Shown piece by piece: positions 29,638 through 37,802 of a stretch of 64,000 nt of DNA; position 1 is the stretch's first letter; every line of letters begins with the position of its first letter. Under the pieces are notes generated by a model that did not search any database, was not told the DNA's origin, and saw only the letters and a list, made by a program, of their open reading frames with translations. The stretch lies in the NCBI GenBank assembly GCA_965203905.1, contig CBDBDQ010000005.1, positions 2,592,001-2,656,000 on the forward strand, written 5' to 3'. A program made the position numbers and the translations under genes. Source of the stretch: Spirochaetia bacterium. Lineage in GTDB: Bacteria > Spirochaetota > Spirochaetia > SZUA-6 > Bin103.

Positions 29638-30174
29638 ATGCCGACTGAACAGAACAGGCTTTACCTCTACGAGGCACTCGAACTGCGTGCAGAGTACGAT
29701 GCGCGCATCAAGACCTTGCGCGACTGCCTGCCGGAGACGCGCAGGAACCGGGACCGGCTCGGCATGTACCGCAACGAGGAGCTGCAACTTCGCGCGGCCG
29801 ACGACTTCGACGTGGCCGCGGTTCAGGAGTCGTTGCGGGCGCTGGAGCACAAGCGGCGCAAGCTCAACAACGCCATCCAGCGCGCCAACTACGCGCATAC
29901 CGTGAACGCCACCGGTGAGTTGCTCGACCTGAGCGAAGCTCTGGAGGTGCGCAAGGGTATGTCCGACCGCATCGGTGAGCTGCACACCCAGAGCGTGCAA
30001 TCCGCCTACGTGCGCGTGATCTACAAGGAAGGCCGCGACATCGTGGAGCCCAACGACGCCACCTTCGCCGCCAGCATGGCGCAACTCGAGTCGGTACGGC
30101 GGGCGTTCCGTGACCTCAACCGCGCGTTGCGCGCGGCCAGCTTCACGGTCGTGGTCGACTTCACGGACGAGTAG
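29638..30174 (+). CDS. DIP1984/DUF6847-like coiled-coil protein
   Basis: Two-fold repeat LYEALELR..IQRAN / LSEALEVR..LRAASF, typical of this family; RBS AAGGAG. Confidence 0.75.
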   Translation: MPTEQNRLYLYEALELRAEYDARIKTLRDCLPETRRNRDRLGMYRNEELQLRAADDFDVAAVQESLRALEHKRRKLNNAIQRANYAHTVNATGELLDLSEALEVRKGMSDRIGELHTQSVQSAYVRVIYKEGRDIVEPNDATFAASMAQLESVRRAFRDLNRALRAASFTVVVDFTDE

Positions 30175-30177
30175 GAC

Positions 30178-30479
30178 GCAGGGCCACTTGGTGGCGCCGG
30201 AGACCATGAAGACCGATGCAGCGGGTTCGCCTGCTGGACATGGTTTTCGGAGTAGCGGGAAGCCAGAAAAATCGAGCAGGAGACGGGGGAGTAGGTGCGA
30301 GTCTCCCGGCGACGGGAGCGTAGCCCAGTAGATTGGCGACTGCGACAGCGATGAACATAGGTTTGAAACGCCCTAGTTTCCGGTAAAGCCCGGCAGCCGG
30401 GCAGCACCTCAGCGTCACAGCGAGCACAGCCCGAAAGCGAAACAGCATCATGACTCCGAGTCTCCTGCTCTTTCTTCCT
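30178..30479 (+). ncRNA. Candidate structured ncRNA downstream of the DIP1984-like gene
   Basis: Several helices with G-U pairs, UUCG and GCGA tetraloops, an 11-bp long-range stem 30274-30284/30460-30470, and a periodic CAGC array; no credible ORF. Confidence 0.7.
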
Positions 30480-30495
30480 CGCGCCGCGAACGGTC

Positions 30496-30978
30496 TCAAC
30501 ACGGAAGGCCGCGCGGGCTCCAGCCTTCGATCAGGGCGGTCACTTCTTCGATCGTGCGATAGCAGGCGGCACGGAACTCCGGAGTGAGGCCGAGTGCGGT
30601 CACCGTGTGCTCGAATTCGTCCTCGTCGAGGACGATCGGTCGTTCGCCGGTCCGACGGGCCACGTCCAGTTCGTAGTCGGTATAGTGCAACTCGCCGTCG
30701 ACAACTTGCGCCGGGCTGGCGATGTGGACGTAGATCTCCGAGAGGGCGCCGGCGTCGTCGTAGAGCTCCAGCAGGTTGTAGGGCCGATCGAACCAGTAGC
30801 AGGCCCGGATGTCGGCCTGTGAGGCCCAGCCGCCCTTGGGCCCGCCAACGGGGTTGCCACGCCGGGAGAACGTATGCACGCCGCGGCTGTCCACCGTTTC
30901 GACCGCGCTCGTCCACCATCGCCGACGGGTGCCATCCAGGTTGAACACGACCACGTTGACTGCATCGCCCGCTCGCAT
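30496..30978 (-). CDS. DUF402 domain protein
   Basis: IYVHIASP, TDYELDV, VLDEDEF. Confidence 0.8.
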   Translation of the reverse strand: MRAGDAVNVVVFNLDGTRRRWWTSAVETVDSRGVHTFSRRGNPVGGPKGGWASQADIRACYWFDRPYNLLELYDDAGALSEIYVHIASPAQVVDGELHYTDYELDVARRTGERPIVLDEDEFEHTVTALGLTPEFRAACYRTIEEVTALIEGWSPRGLPC

Positions 30979-31008
30979 CGCTTTGAGCCACGCTACCGCG
31001 TTGTGGTG

Positions 31009-32052
31009 TCAGGGGATCAGCCGCAGCAACCGGTCGCGCTCGGCCGGGCTGCAGAACGATGCACGGACCGCCGCGCAGGTGAACCCGCGCAACTCCGCCG
31101 GGGAGAACCCCAGCAGCGCCGCGATCGCGTACTCGCGCCCGATCGTGGTGCAGGCACGGACCGGATCGTCGGAACAGATGGCTACCGGAATGCCGTGCTC
31201 CACGAAGCGGCGAACGGGATGGCTCTCGTAACTCTCCACCGCGCCAAGCACGACGTTGCTGGAGAGCGCGCACTCGATGGTAACGCCACGGGCGGCGATC
31301 CGGTCGAGCAGACACGGGTCGGAAGCGCCGGCAAGGGCATGACCGATGCGGGTCAGTCCGGGAACTTCGAGCGCCTCCGCCAGGTGCAGCGCGTTGAACT
31401 CGCCGGCGTGCGCAGAGATGCCCAGCCCCGCGTCGCGCACACGTTCCGCCCAACGGTAGACCACGGACCAATCCGCCGGTTGATCATAGGACGCGGGCAG
31501 GATGTTCAGCCCCGCCAGGCCACGCCGGGCCGCCGCGAGGCAGCGCGGCAGCATGGTGGCGGCCCACTCCGCGGTGGTAGGAGCGACGAGCAGCGGCACC
31601 GCGTGAAACTGCGGGAAACGGCGGCGCACGGTGGCCAGGGATGCGGCGAACCGGTCCAGGAAGTCGTCGCGCAGGATGGTCCGAGCGCCGAACATCACCT
31701 CGACCAGCAACGCGCCGTCGGCCGCGGCTTCGACCAGCACCCGGCCGATCTGGGCCTCCAGGTACCCCGGGTTTTCATCTGCCATCTCGTCCACCCAGGA
31801 GCGGGGAAACGGAAAATCGGGGCCCCACGTCTCCAGGCGTGGCATGCCCGGCGGCAGGTCGCGCATCAGTTCGTGGGCCCTGCGTCGCCAGTCGGTGCTC
31901 CGCCGCCCGGTTCGTTCCTCCAACACCTGCTCAAGCCGCGCGCTCGATTCGGCGTGTACATGGATGTCCGCCTTGGGCAGCGCAGCGATCGCTGGCGCGA
32001 TCTCTACCTCGGCCAGCGGCGCAATGAGTCCGTCCGATCCCGGTCGAGTCAC
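31009..32052 (-). CDS. Adenosine deaminase-like metallohydrolase (divergent)
   Basis: PKADIHVH, HAGE, RIGHA, SSN, SDDP; start uncertain. Confidence 0.8.
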   Translation of the reverse strand: MTRPGSDGLIAPLAEVEIAPAIAALPKADIHVHAESSARLEQVLEERTGRRSTDWRRRAHELMRDLPPGMPRLETWGPDFPFPRSWVDEMADENPGYLEAQIGRVLVEAAADGALLVEVMFGARTILRDDFLDRFAASLATVRRRFPQFHAVPLLVAPTTAEWAATMLPRCLAAARRGLAGLNILPASYDQPADWSVVYRWAERVRDAGLGISAHAGEFNALHLAEALEVPGLTRIGHALAGASDPCLLDRIAARGVTIECALSSNVVLGAVESYESHPVRRFVEHGIPVAICSDDPVRACTTIGREYAIAALLGFSPAELRGFTCAAVRASFCSPAERDRLLRLIP

Positions 32053-32110
32053 AGCGCAGGGACCCGCAGGGCCGGGAGGGGCGTCTGCCGGCGGCGGTCT
32101 TGGGACGCCA

Positions 32111-34060
32111 TCATCGATCAGATGCGAGTCCGGGGATCTGTTCCGCACCGGCCACCACCTCGATCGAAGAGGCGGCGAAGTCATCGTCCACCGGCTGGTA
32201 TCGACCGCCGAGGCAGCGTGCCAGGAACGACTCCGCCACGGCCATGAAGGAGAGGTTGTTTTCCGGCCGGGCGAAGCCGTGGCCCTCGTCGGGGTACAGC
32301 AGGTAGGTGACCGGAATCCCGCGCTCCGTCATCGCCGCCACGATCTGGTCGGACTCCGCTTGCTTGACGCGCGGATCGTTGGCGCCCTGGCCGATCAGCA
32401 GCGGGCGCACGATGCGGTCGACGCGCGACAACGGCGACCGCTCGGCCAGGAACCGCCGTCCCTCCGCGGTGGAGTTGTCGCCTACACGGGCGCGCAGCAG
32501 CGCCAGCATCGGCTTCCAGTAGGGCGGTACGGTGTCGAGCAGGGTGTTCAGGTTGGACGGTCCGACGATATCCACGCCGCAGGCGAACACCTCGGGCGTG
32601 AAGGTCAGTCCCACCAGGGTCGCATAGCCGCCGTAGCTGCCGCCCATGATCGCCACCCGGTCCCGGTCGGCGATCTCCTGGTCCACCGCCCACTCGACGA
32701 CGTCGATCAGGTCGTCGTGCATCCTGCCGGCCCACTCCCGGTCGCCGGCGTTCACGAACTCTTTGCCGAAGCCGTGGGAACCGCGGTAATTCACCGAGAC
32801 CACCGCGTAACCGCGGTTCGCCAGAAGCTGGTGGACGGGATGGTAGCCCCAGGAGTCCCGCGACCAGGGACCGCCGTGGACCAGCAGGATCGCCGGCAGC
32901 GGTTCACGCGGGCGCTTGGCGTCATCCGCGGCGGAGCCAACCGGCAGGCTGTAGTAGACCACGATGTCGAGTTGGTCGCGCGACCGGACGACCGCGGAGT
33001 GCATCCGGGCGAGTGCGTGGCGCTCCAGATCGGGCCGGCTGGAGAACAGGTAGGTGAGGCGGCCGGACTCGCGGTCGTACCGGTAGTACGTGTCGGGCCC
33101 GTCGTCGCGGTCGCAGGTGACGATCCAGCGCCGCTGGTCCAGCGAGCGGGAGATCGACTGCACCTGGCCCTTGCTCTGGCTGCCGATTCGCTCGAAATCG
33201 GCGGCAAGGGCCTCGTCGAGTACCGTCCAGGTGCGGAACTGGTAGTCGAACGCCACCGCCTGCGGCCGGCGGGTCACGGGGTGGTGCACCTGGAAGGCGG
33301 CGTCGGCGCGCGGATTGCGGGCCAGTTCCCGATCGACCGCGGTCCGCAGGTCCATCGCCACGAGGGCCGACGTGTCGCGTCCGCGGCTGTCCAGCAGGTA
33401 CAGGGTGTGCCCGTCGGCGTCGAAACACAGCGGCTGGGTGGTCAGATCATCCTCTGCCGCGATGGTCAGGAAGGGCTCCCAGCGGCCGGACGCCGACCGC
33501 GCGAGCACTCGGCTGCCACCTTCCGGCGGGACCACGACGGCGAGGCGCGGGTTGAGGTCGCGGTCGGTCACGAAGCCGTTGGCGCCAATGTCGTTGCGCG
33601 CGATGAGCCGGGTCGCGCCGGTCAGAATGTTGACGCGGTACAGGTCGTGGAGCGAAGGATCGCGGCGGTTGAGCCCGATCAGCACCTCTTCAGGGAACCG
33701 GTCGGAGGTCTCCTGCAGGTTCGCCTGAACCCCGTCGTAAGGGGTCAGGTCGCGCACGGTCCCGGTCTCGACGTCGGCGGCGTAGAGGTGCCAGTTCTCG
33801 TCGCCGGCGCGGTCCTGCAGGTACAGGATGAACCTTGGATGGTAGGCCCAGGAGTAGATCCTGATGCCTCGGCCCTGGTCACGGGTTACCGGCGCGGCAT
33901 CCGCTATCGCGTCGAGCGGCGCCACCCATACGTTGAGCACGCCGTCGAGCGGCGCCAGGTAGGCGATCCGCGTCCCGTCGTGACTGATCGTGACAGCAGT
34001 GCGCTCGGGATTGCCGAATAGCGTCTTCCGGGGAATCAACTCTCTCTCGTGGTCTTCCAT
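32111..34060 (-). CDS. S9 family dipeptidyl/acylaminoacyl peptidase
   Basis: HGGPW, GGSYGG, QGANDPRV, DEGHG; beta-propeller N-domain. Confidence 0.93.
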   Translation of the reverse strand: MEDHERELIPRKTLFGNPERTAVTISHDGTRIAYLAPLDGVLNVWVAPLDAIADAAPVTRDQGRGIRIYSWAYHPRFILYLQDRAGDENWHLYAADVETGTVRDLTPYDGVQANLQETSDRFPEEVLIGLNRRDPSLHDLYRVNILTGATRLIARNDIGANGFVTDRDLNPRLAVVVPPEGGSRVLARSASGRWEPFLTIAAEDDLTTQPLCFDADGHTLYLLDSRGRDTSALVAMDLRTAVDRELARNPRADAAFQVHHPVTRRPQAVAFDYQFRTWTVLDEALAADFERIGSQSKGQVQSISRSLDQRRWIVTCDRDDGPDTYYRYDRESGRLTYLFSSRPDLERHALARMHSAVVRSRDQLDIVVYYSLPVGSAADDAKRPREPLPAILLVHGGPWSRDSWGYHPVHQLLANRGYAVVSVNYRGSHGFGKEFVNAGDREWAGRMHDDLIDVVEWAVDQEIADRDRVAIMGGSYGGYATLVGLTFTPEVFACGVDIVGPSNLNTLLDTVPPYWKPMLALLRARVGDNSTAEGRRFLAERSPLSRVDRIVRPLLIGQGANDPRVKQAESDQIVAAMTERGIPVTYLLYPDEGHGFARPENNLSFMAVAESFLARCLGGRYQPVDDDFAASSIEVVAGAEQIPGLASDR

Positions 34061-34653
34061 GCTTTTTCCTTCCGGAGCACGCGGGCGCCGAGGGAGGTCA
34101 GGGTGTAACCGGTGTCGTGGCTGATGGTGAGGCCGAGCGCCTTCAGCTTGCGCACGTTGCTCTTGAAGGGCGCGGTCTCCAGCTCCAGGCGCGGTGCCAG
34201 CCGGGACGCCGCCACCCGCGGATTGGCGTCGATCAGGGCCAGGGTGGCGCCGGTCCACGGCCCCGCACGGCTGCGCGCGTCCATGTTGCGCAGCCGGCCC
34301 AGCAACTCGCGCAGTACCTCCTCGGTAACGTCGGCGGATACGTCGGCCACCGGGGTGCGCGGGTCGGGCAGGTAGTGGAAGCGGATTTCGAACACGGTCG
34401 TGGGATGGTCACCGGCACCCCGCGGAAACAGTTGCCGCAACAGGTCGTGCCGCGAGGCGAAGCCGGACGCGCGCGCCGCGGCATCGGTGATCTCCGACAC
34501 GGGCGTCTCGCGCACTTCATCCACCGCCACCACGCCGTCGGCGTTGAGCCGATACCTATTGCCCGCCTTGACCCGGGCGCGCTTCCAGGCGCGGTAGGTG
34601 ACGGTGATCTCGCCGCTCGCTATCGCCTCGTGAAACGAATACTTGAACAGCAT
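34036..34653 (-). CDS. ASCH-like domain protein with C-terminal HTH
   Basis: IASGEITVTYRAW, ARASGF, FKSNVRKLKALGLTIS..GY. Confidence 0.7.
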   Translation of the reverse strand: MLFKYSFHEAIASGEITVTYRAWKRARVKAGNRYRLNADGVVAVDEVRETPVSEITDAAARASGFASRHDLLRQLFPRGAGDHPTTVFEIRFHYLPDPRTPVADVSADVTEEVLRELLGRLRNMDARSRAGPWTGATLALIDANPRVAASRLAPRLELETAPFKSNVRKLKALGLTISHDTGYTLTSLGARVLRKEKAWKTTRES

Positions 34654-34658
34654 GAGAG

Positions 34659-35672
34659 CTATCGCCAGTCCGGGTCGTCCTGCAGATCCGCGGCGAGGTG
34701 CCGGCGGCGTTCCGCGGGAAGCCAGGAGGCGCGCACGGCATTCAGTATCAGGGTGCGGATCTCGTCGCGGCTGAAGCCGTGGACTTCGACCAGCGCCTGG
34801 AACTCCTGCGCCAGCGAGTTGCCGAACATCTCGGGATCATCGGTATTGATGGTGACCAGCAAACCGCGTTCAAAGTAACGCCGCACCGGGTGCGCGTCGA
34901 TAGACGGGACCACGTTGGTGCGCAGGTTCGAAATCGGGCACAGCTCCAGGGGAATCCGGTGCTCGGCCAGAAAGTCGACCAGGGTGGGATCTTCCTCGGC
35001 GCGGGTGGCATGCCCCAGCCGTTCGGCTCTGAGGCTGCGGATCGCACCCCATACGCTCTCCGCACCGGCAGCCTCGCCCGCGTGTGCACTGGTATGGAAG
35101 CCGAGCCGGCGCGCGTCCGCGAAGAGATCGGCAAACGGCTCCGGCGGGAAGGTCTGCTCGGAGCCGCCGAGGCCGATGCCGGCCACGCCGAGATCCTGCA
35201 CCTCCCGCACCTGCGCCAGTGTGCGCGCCGCGGCGGGCGGCACCGAGTCACGCACGAGGTCCGCCACCAGTGCCATCTCGACCTCCGGTACGCGGTCGAG
35301 CCCGCGGCGAATCGCCGCGGTCAACGGTTGCGGCTCCAGGCCCCGGTGGCGGAAGTCCGACGGCGAATAGTGGGCCTCCACATAGCGCACGTTCTGTCGC
35401 GCCAGTTCGCGCGCCACGGCTTCGGCGATCAGTGTGAAGTCCTCGTACTCGCGCAGGAACCCGTTCTTCCAGATCCAGGTCTCGATGAAGTGGGGGAAGT
35501 CCCGGTAGGCGAACCTGCGGGCCAGCGCCTGGCGGTCGGGAACAGTGGGATCGCCGCCGTACTTCTGCATCAGCTCCCACAGCGCAGCGTGTGGAATCGC
35601 CCCCTCCAGGTGGAGGTGCAGCTCGACTTTCGGAACCCGGCGCAGCCAGTCCGAGGTCGAGCCGGCGGTCAA
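34659..35672 (-). CDS. add: Adenosine/adenine deaminase
   Basis: PKVELHLHLEG, HAGE, RLGH, CPISN, NTDDP; TTG start overlaps the upstream stop. Confidence 0.9.
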   Translation of the reverse strand: MTAGSTSDWLRRVPKVELHLHLEGAIPHAALWELMQKYGGDPTVPDRQALARRFAYRDFPHFIETWIWKNGFLREYEDFTLIAEAVARELARQNVRYVEAHYSPSDFRHRGLEPQPLTAAIRRGLDRVPEVEMALVADLVRDSVPPAAARTLAQVREVQDLGVAGIGLGGSEQTFPPEPFADLFADARRLGFHTSAHAGEAAGAESVWGAIRSLRAERLGHATRAEEDPTLVDFLAEHRIPLELCPISNLRTNVVPSIDAHPVRRYFERGLLVTINTDDPEMFGNSLAQEFQALVEVHGFSRDEIRTLILNAVRASWLPAERRRHLAADLQDDPDWR

Positions 35673-36325
35673 AAATAGACCTCGGCGAACAGGTCGGTGC
35701 TGGGGATGCCGCCGGTCTTGAGGATGTCGAACGCCTCGAAGATCATCTCGCTGTTGCCGCACAGGTAACACAGCGTGCCGGGTTGCGCGGGGTGAGCGCG
35801 CAGGTAGGCGGTGACGCGGCCGGCGAAGCCGGCGTCGGCGGTTACCGCCTCGCGGCTGAGGCAGGGCAGGTAGCGGGCGGGAGGGTAGCAGTGGCGATCG
35901 TACGTCTCGGTCGTGCTGCGGACGCCGTGGAGGAGGCGGTAGTCGAGGCCGGGATAACTGCGAGCGAAACAGCGGAACGGGGCGATACCGGTCCCGGAGG
36001 CCACAAACAGGAGCGGGCCTCCGCGGGCCGCCTCGGGGATCAGGAAGTAGCCGAACGGACCGTCCACCTCCAGCGCAGCACCGGGGGCCAACCGCGCGAG
36101 CTGGTGGGAGACGGTGCCGCCTTCTACTTGCTTGATCAGCACTTCCAGAAACGGGTCAGCGCTCCCGGAGTAGATCGAGTACTCGCGCCGCGCGGTGCTG
36201 CCGGGCAAACCGAGCGTGACGTACTGCCCCGGCTCGAACTTCAACTCGCCGCGCTCCAGTTGGAGCACGTACGCGGAGGGACTGAGCCGGCGGATCGACT
36301 GGACGCGGTGCTCAGCCACGCACAC
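35669..36325 (-). CDS. Ferredoxin-NADP reductase family FAD/NAD oxidoreductase
   Basis: REYSI, GPFG, SGTGIAPF, YLCG, C-terminal EVYF. Confidence 0.88.
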   Translation of the reverse strand: MCVAEHRVQSIRRLSPSAYVLQLERGELKFEPGQYVTLGLPGSTARREYSIYSGSADPFLEVLIKQVEGGTVSHQLARLAPGAALEVDGPFGYFLIPEAARGGPLLFVASGTGIAPFRCFARSYPGLDYRLLHGVRSTTETYDRHCYPPARYLPCLSREAVTADAGFAGRVTAYLRAHPAQPGTLCYLCGNSEMIFEAFDILKTGGIPSTDLFAEVYF

Positions 36326-36565
36326 GTCCGCGGTCGGCGGCCCGCAACGGCACCAGAAGGATGCTCAAGTGTGGCGGATGCACGGCGCGTATCAGCCTTC
36401 CCTGTCCATACGTGACGCCGATACATCACCTCGGATACCTCCACCATGTCAATCGAGATTCCCACTCGCCCCCCAGTAGCGGAGCGCATGATTGTTCCTG
36501 CGTGGGGCGGCAGTGTCGACCCCACGTGAGTGCGAAGATCGACCGCGGTCTATACTCGCTGCCCC

Positions 36566-37747
36566 ATGTCACCTCTGCGACGGGTTCAGATTGTCTGGTG
36601 CGTCCATCACCTGTTGGGGCAACTCGTTCTGATCTACCCGGTCTACGCTATCATGATGGAACAACGTGGCATCGTTCCCTTCCAGTTGTCCGTATTGCTT
36701 GCGCTGTGGTCGGCCTTTGTCATCATGGCAGAGGTCCCCATGGGGGCACTGGCGGACCGAGTTTCACGAACGCTGCTGCTGATGATATCGCGGCTCCTGA
36801 AGGGTTGCTGCTTTCTCATGTGGATCATCATGCCTGGATTCTGGGGCTATCTCGTGGGCTTTCTCTGTTGGGGTCTTGCTTCGACTTTGCGCTCTGGCAC
36901 GGAGGAGTCGATGCTGCACGATTCTTTGCTGGAGATCGACCGGCTCGACCAGTTCGAGATGGTCTACGGCCGGGCCGTAGCGGCACGACACGCAGGCGTT
37001 GTCGCCTCGTTCGCGGTCGGTGGGCTCCTCGCCGAAGCCAAGGGGTTCGGCCTTCCACTTGCGTTGTCCGTTGCGGGGCCGTGGCTTGGAGCTGTAGTGG
37101 TGGCAAAGGCAATGTCCGATCCGCCACGGAGTTCGTTCGGTCCTGTTGTGCCCCGTCGCTACCGCGATACGGTGCGGGCCGGTTTGGCCGAGGTTCGCTC
37201 AAGCTCGGTGCTGCTTCATGTTGTTGGCATCGGTGCGACGGTCGCCTGTGTTTGGGGGGCCGCCGAGGAGTTGGTCCCGGTGTACCTGGCGGAGAAGGAG
37301 CGGTTCACTCTTGCTTCGATCGGTCTTGTCCTGGCGTGTACGTCGGCCGTGAGTGTCGTCGCAACGGCCTTCGCTCATCGGCTTCCGGTGCGTTCCGTGG
37401 ACACAATCCCCGTAGTTTTCGCTCTGGCCAGCGGTCTGTTGCTTGCCTCTGTTGCAGCCGATGGTGTATTGGCCTCTTGCTTGCTGGTCGCCGCGGCCGG
37501 CACCAACGGTTCCGGTACAGTTCTGCTGGCCGGGCACCTCCAGCGATCAATTCTCGGACCTGCACGCGCGACCGTCACTTCGGTCCAGAACATGGGTCAG
37601 GAGGTAGGCGGGATAGTTCTGTATTTGTCTCTCGGATCGATAGCCTCGGTCACGAGTTGGCATGCCGGTATCGGCGTGGTTTGCGCGGTGGCCGTTGCCC
37701 TCTGTGCCGCGTTCCTGATCGTCCCGGCCAAACGCGGAACCAGATAG
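36566..37747 (+). CDS. MFS transporter (lower GC)
   Basis: EVPMGALADR, SGTEES; about 12 TM helices. Confidence 0.85.
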   Translation: MSPLRRVQIVWCVHHLLGQLVLIYPVYAIMMEQRGIVPFQLSVLLALWSAFVIMAEVPMGALADRVSRTLLLMISRLLKGCCFLMWIIMPGFWGYLVGFLCWGLASTLRSGTEESMLHDSLLEIDRLDQFEMVYGRAVAARHAGVVASFAVGGLLAEAKGFGLPLALSVAGPWLGAVVVAKAMSDPPRSSFGPVVPRRYRDTVRAGLAEVRSSSVLLHVVGIGATVACVWGAAEELVPVYLAEKERFTLASIGLVLACTSAVSVVATAFAHRLPVRSVDTIPVVFALASGLLLASVAADGVLASCLLVAAAGTNGSGTVLLAGHLQRSILGPARATVTSVQNMGQEVGGIVLYLSLGSIASVTSWHAGIGVVCAVAVALCAAFLIVPAKRGTR

Positions 37748-37802
37748 TGGTGAAGGGATAGGCGCCAGCCGGGTGCCGCGCAGCTCGGCGCCGGCGGCTC
37801 GG

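Noticed and set aside
30178-30479. Alternative readings of the candidate RNA as tRNA, SRP, tmRNA, RNase P, CRISPR or a simple terminator
   Set aside because: No TPsiC/CCA, SRP helix or RNase P consensus seen; the repeats are only 4 nt; the arms of the main stem are about 175 nt apart
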